NCBI RefSeq assembly: GCF_006345805.1
Contig: NC_043018.1
Coordinates: 10,230,001-10,294,000, forward strand
DNA from: Octopus sinensis
Taxonomy: Eukaryota
Direction of reading: 5' to 3'
Length of the DNA stretch: 64,000 bases
A program made the position numbers and the translations under genes. Below are positions 62,370-64,000 of the stretch, one piece after another. The notes under the pieces are model-generated. The model searched no databases, had not been told where the DNA came from, and worked only from the letters and a program-made list of their open reading frames with translations. The stretch's first letter is position 1, and the number at the start of each line of letters is the position of its first letter.

Positions 62370-62768
62370 CTCGCAGTATCGCCCAGCGTTGCTCGGGTTT
62401 GTAAGGGAAATAACTATATAAGCATTTTTAGAGATGTAAAGTATAATAGCCATCTCAATATGGCTAACCACAAAGGGGGGGGGTGTTACTGTAGCTTTTT
62501 ACATTCTGAGATTTAATAATACATTTTTAGAGAGTTACTTCCCTTATATAAACCGAGCGAAAATGCATTAAAAATACGGAAAAATTATGGTAAATTTTTT
62601 TTTAAATAGTAGACTCATCGTAGACGCGCGCTAATACCCAGAAGGGCTCGATATGAATCACGACTATAAGATACCCGCTTTTGGTTAAACTGCACCACAA
62701 AATGTGGGAATAGTTAGGAATCTAAATCGTAGGAGACAGACACACAACTTCACTTTCATATATAAAGA
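62370..62768 (-). mobile_element. Non-autonomous Helitron of the same family as 46256-47102
   Basis: A|TC 5' end, shared 5' 240 bp, 3' hairpin, CTAG mutated to CGAG. Confidence 0.8.
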
Positions 62769-63157
62769 TTTGTTTCAGTTTTTTTTACTGTGACCATACT
62801 GGGACACCACGGTGAAAAGTTTTGGTCAAAGAAATAAACTTCAGGACTGATTTTTTAGGCCTGGTACATATCGTATCGATTTGAAGTAATCTGCTCTCCT
62901 TGGAATGATGGAAGTTGCACAAAATAATGGTTTATTCTTTATGTTGAAAATCTGTATGGTTAGCTGCTTCCGAGGAGAACTAGTCAATTACATTGTCCCC
63001 AGGGTTTCACTGGTACTTAATTCTTTGACCCCGAAAGGATGAAAGGCAAAGTCGACTTTGGTGGAATTTGAACTCAGAATATAAAGACAAAATACTGCTG
63101 AGCATTTCATTAAGCATACTAACGATTTTGCCAGCTCGCCACCATCAAATGATGATG

Positions 63158-63195
<38 letters not shown>

Positions 63196-64000
63196 CATCA
63201 TCATCATCATCATCGTTTAACGTCCGCTTTCCATGCTAGCATGGGTTGGAATAATAATAATAATAATAATCCTTTCTACTATAGGCACGAGGCCTGAAAT
63301 TTTGGTGGGGGGGAATCTATTTCTTTACTACCCACAAGGGGCTAAACACAGAGGGGACAAACGGATTAAGTCAATTACATCGACCACAGTGTGTAACTGG
63401 TACATATTTAATCGACCCTGAAAGGATGAAAAGCAAAGTTGACCTCGCCGGAATTTGAACTCAGAACTTAACGGCAGACGAAATACGGCTACGCATTTCG
63501 CCCGGCGTGCTAATGTTTCTGCCAGCTCGCTGCCTTTGGTGTGGGGGGAATCAATTAGATCAATCCCTGTATGCTACTGGTACTTAATTTATCGACCCCG
63601 AAAGGATGAAAGGCAAAGTCAACCTCAGTAGAATTTGAACTCGGAACTTAAAGACAGATGAAATACTGCTAAGCATTTCATCCAACATGTTAACGATTCT
63701 ACCAGCACACCACCTTATATGATAATAATAATAATAATAATAATAAAGATTTCCAATTTAGGTACGAGGCCAGTAATTTTGGGAAGGGGTTAGGTTGATT
63801 ACATCGACCCTAGTTTTCAACTGGTACTTATTTTATCAATCCGGAAAGGATGAAAGGGAAGGTCAACCTCAGTGGAATTTGAACTCACAACGTAAAGATG
63901 GACAAAATGTTGTGAAGCATTTGCCTGGCGTGCTAATGATTCTGCCAGCTTGCTGCCTTAATGATATTAATAATAATAATAATAATAATAATGGTTTGCA

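Overview
Eukaryotic, AT-rich and very repeat-dense intronic DNA. The SINE, RTE and microsatellite landscape looks to me like an Octopus (coleoid cephalopod) genome, but that is recognition, not a database result. I find one large protein-coding gene on the minus strand: 10 GT-AG exons from 52791 down to 4487, about 1000 aa, low complexity, with a 1584-bp exon encoding Glu/Arg/Lys-rich repeats. No start or stop exon was found and I do not recognise the gene. All junctions are phase-consistent except the 44202-44274 exon, which carries a 10-bp tandem duplication that shifts frame. Nearly all other ORFs in the supplied track are microsatellite or SINE artefacts, or transposon debris. The introns hold at least five tRNA-derived SINE types, RTE, CR1 and R4/Dong LINE fragments, Penelope-like element (PLE) fragments, Helitrons, a Tc1/mariner relic with a nested stack of insertions, Merlin-, hAT- and piggyBac-like MITEs, and minisatellites. 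The most striking signal is about a dozen type I hammerhead ribozyme (HHR) motifs, several with an intact core. They sit in (TA)n-embedded, often palindromic PLE-derived elements, including a 3.5-kb element whose outward-facing terminal inverted repeats each end in a hammerhead. TE boundaries are approximate unless a TSD is quoted.
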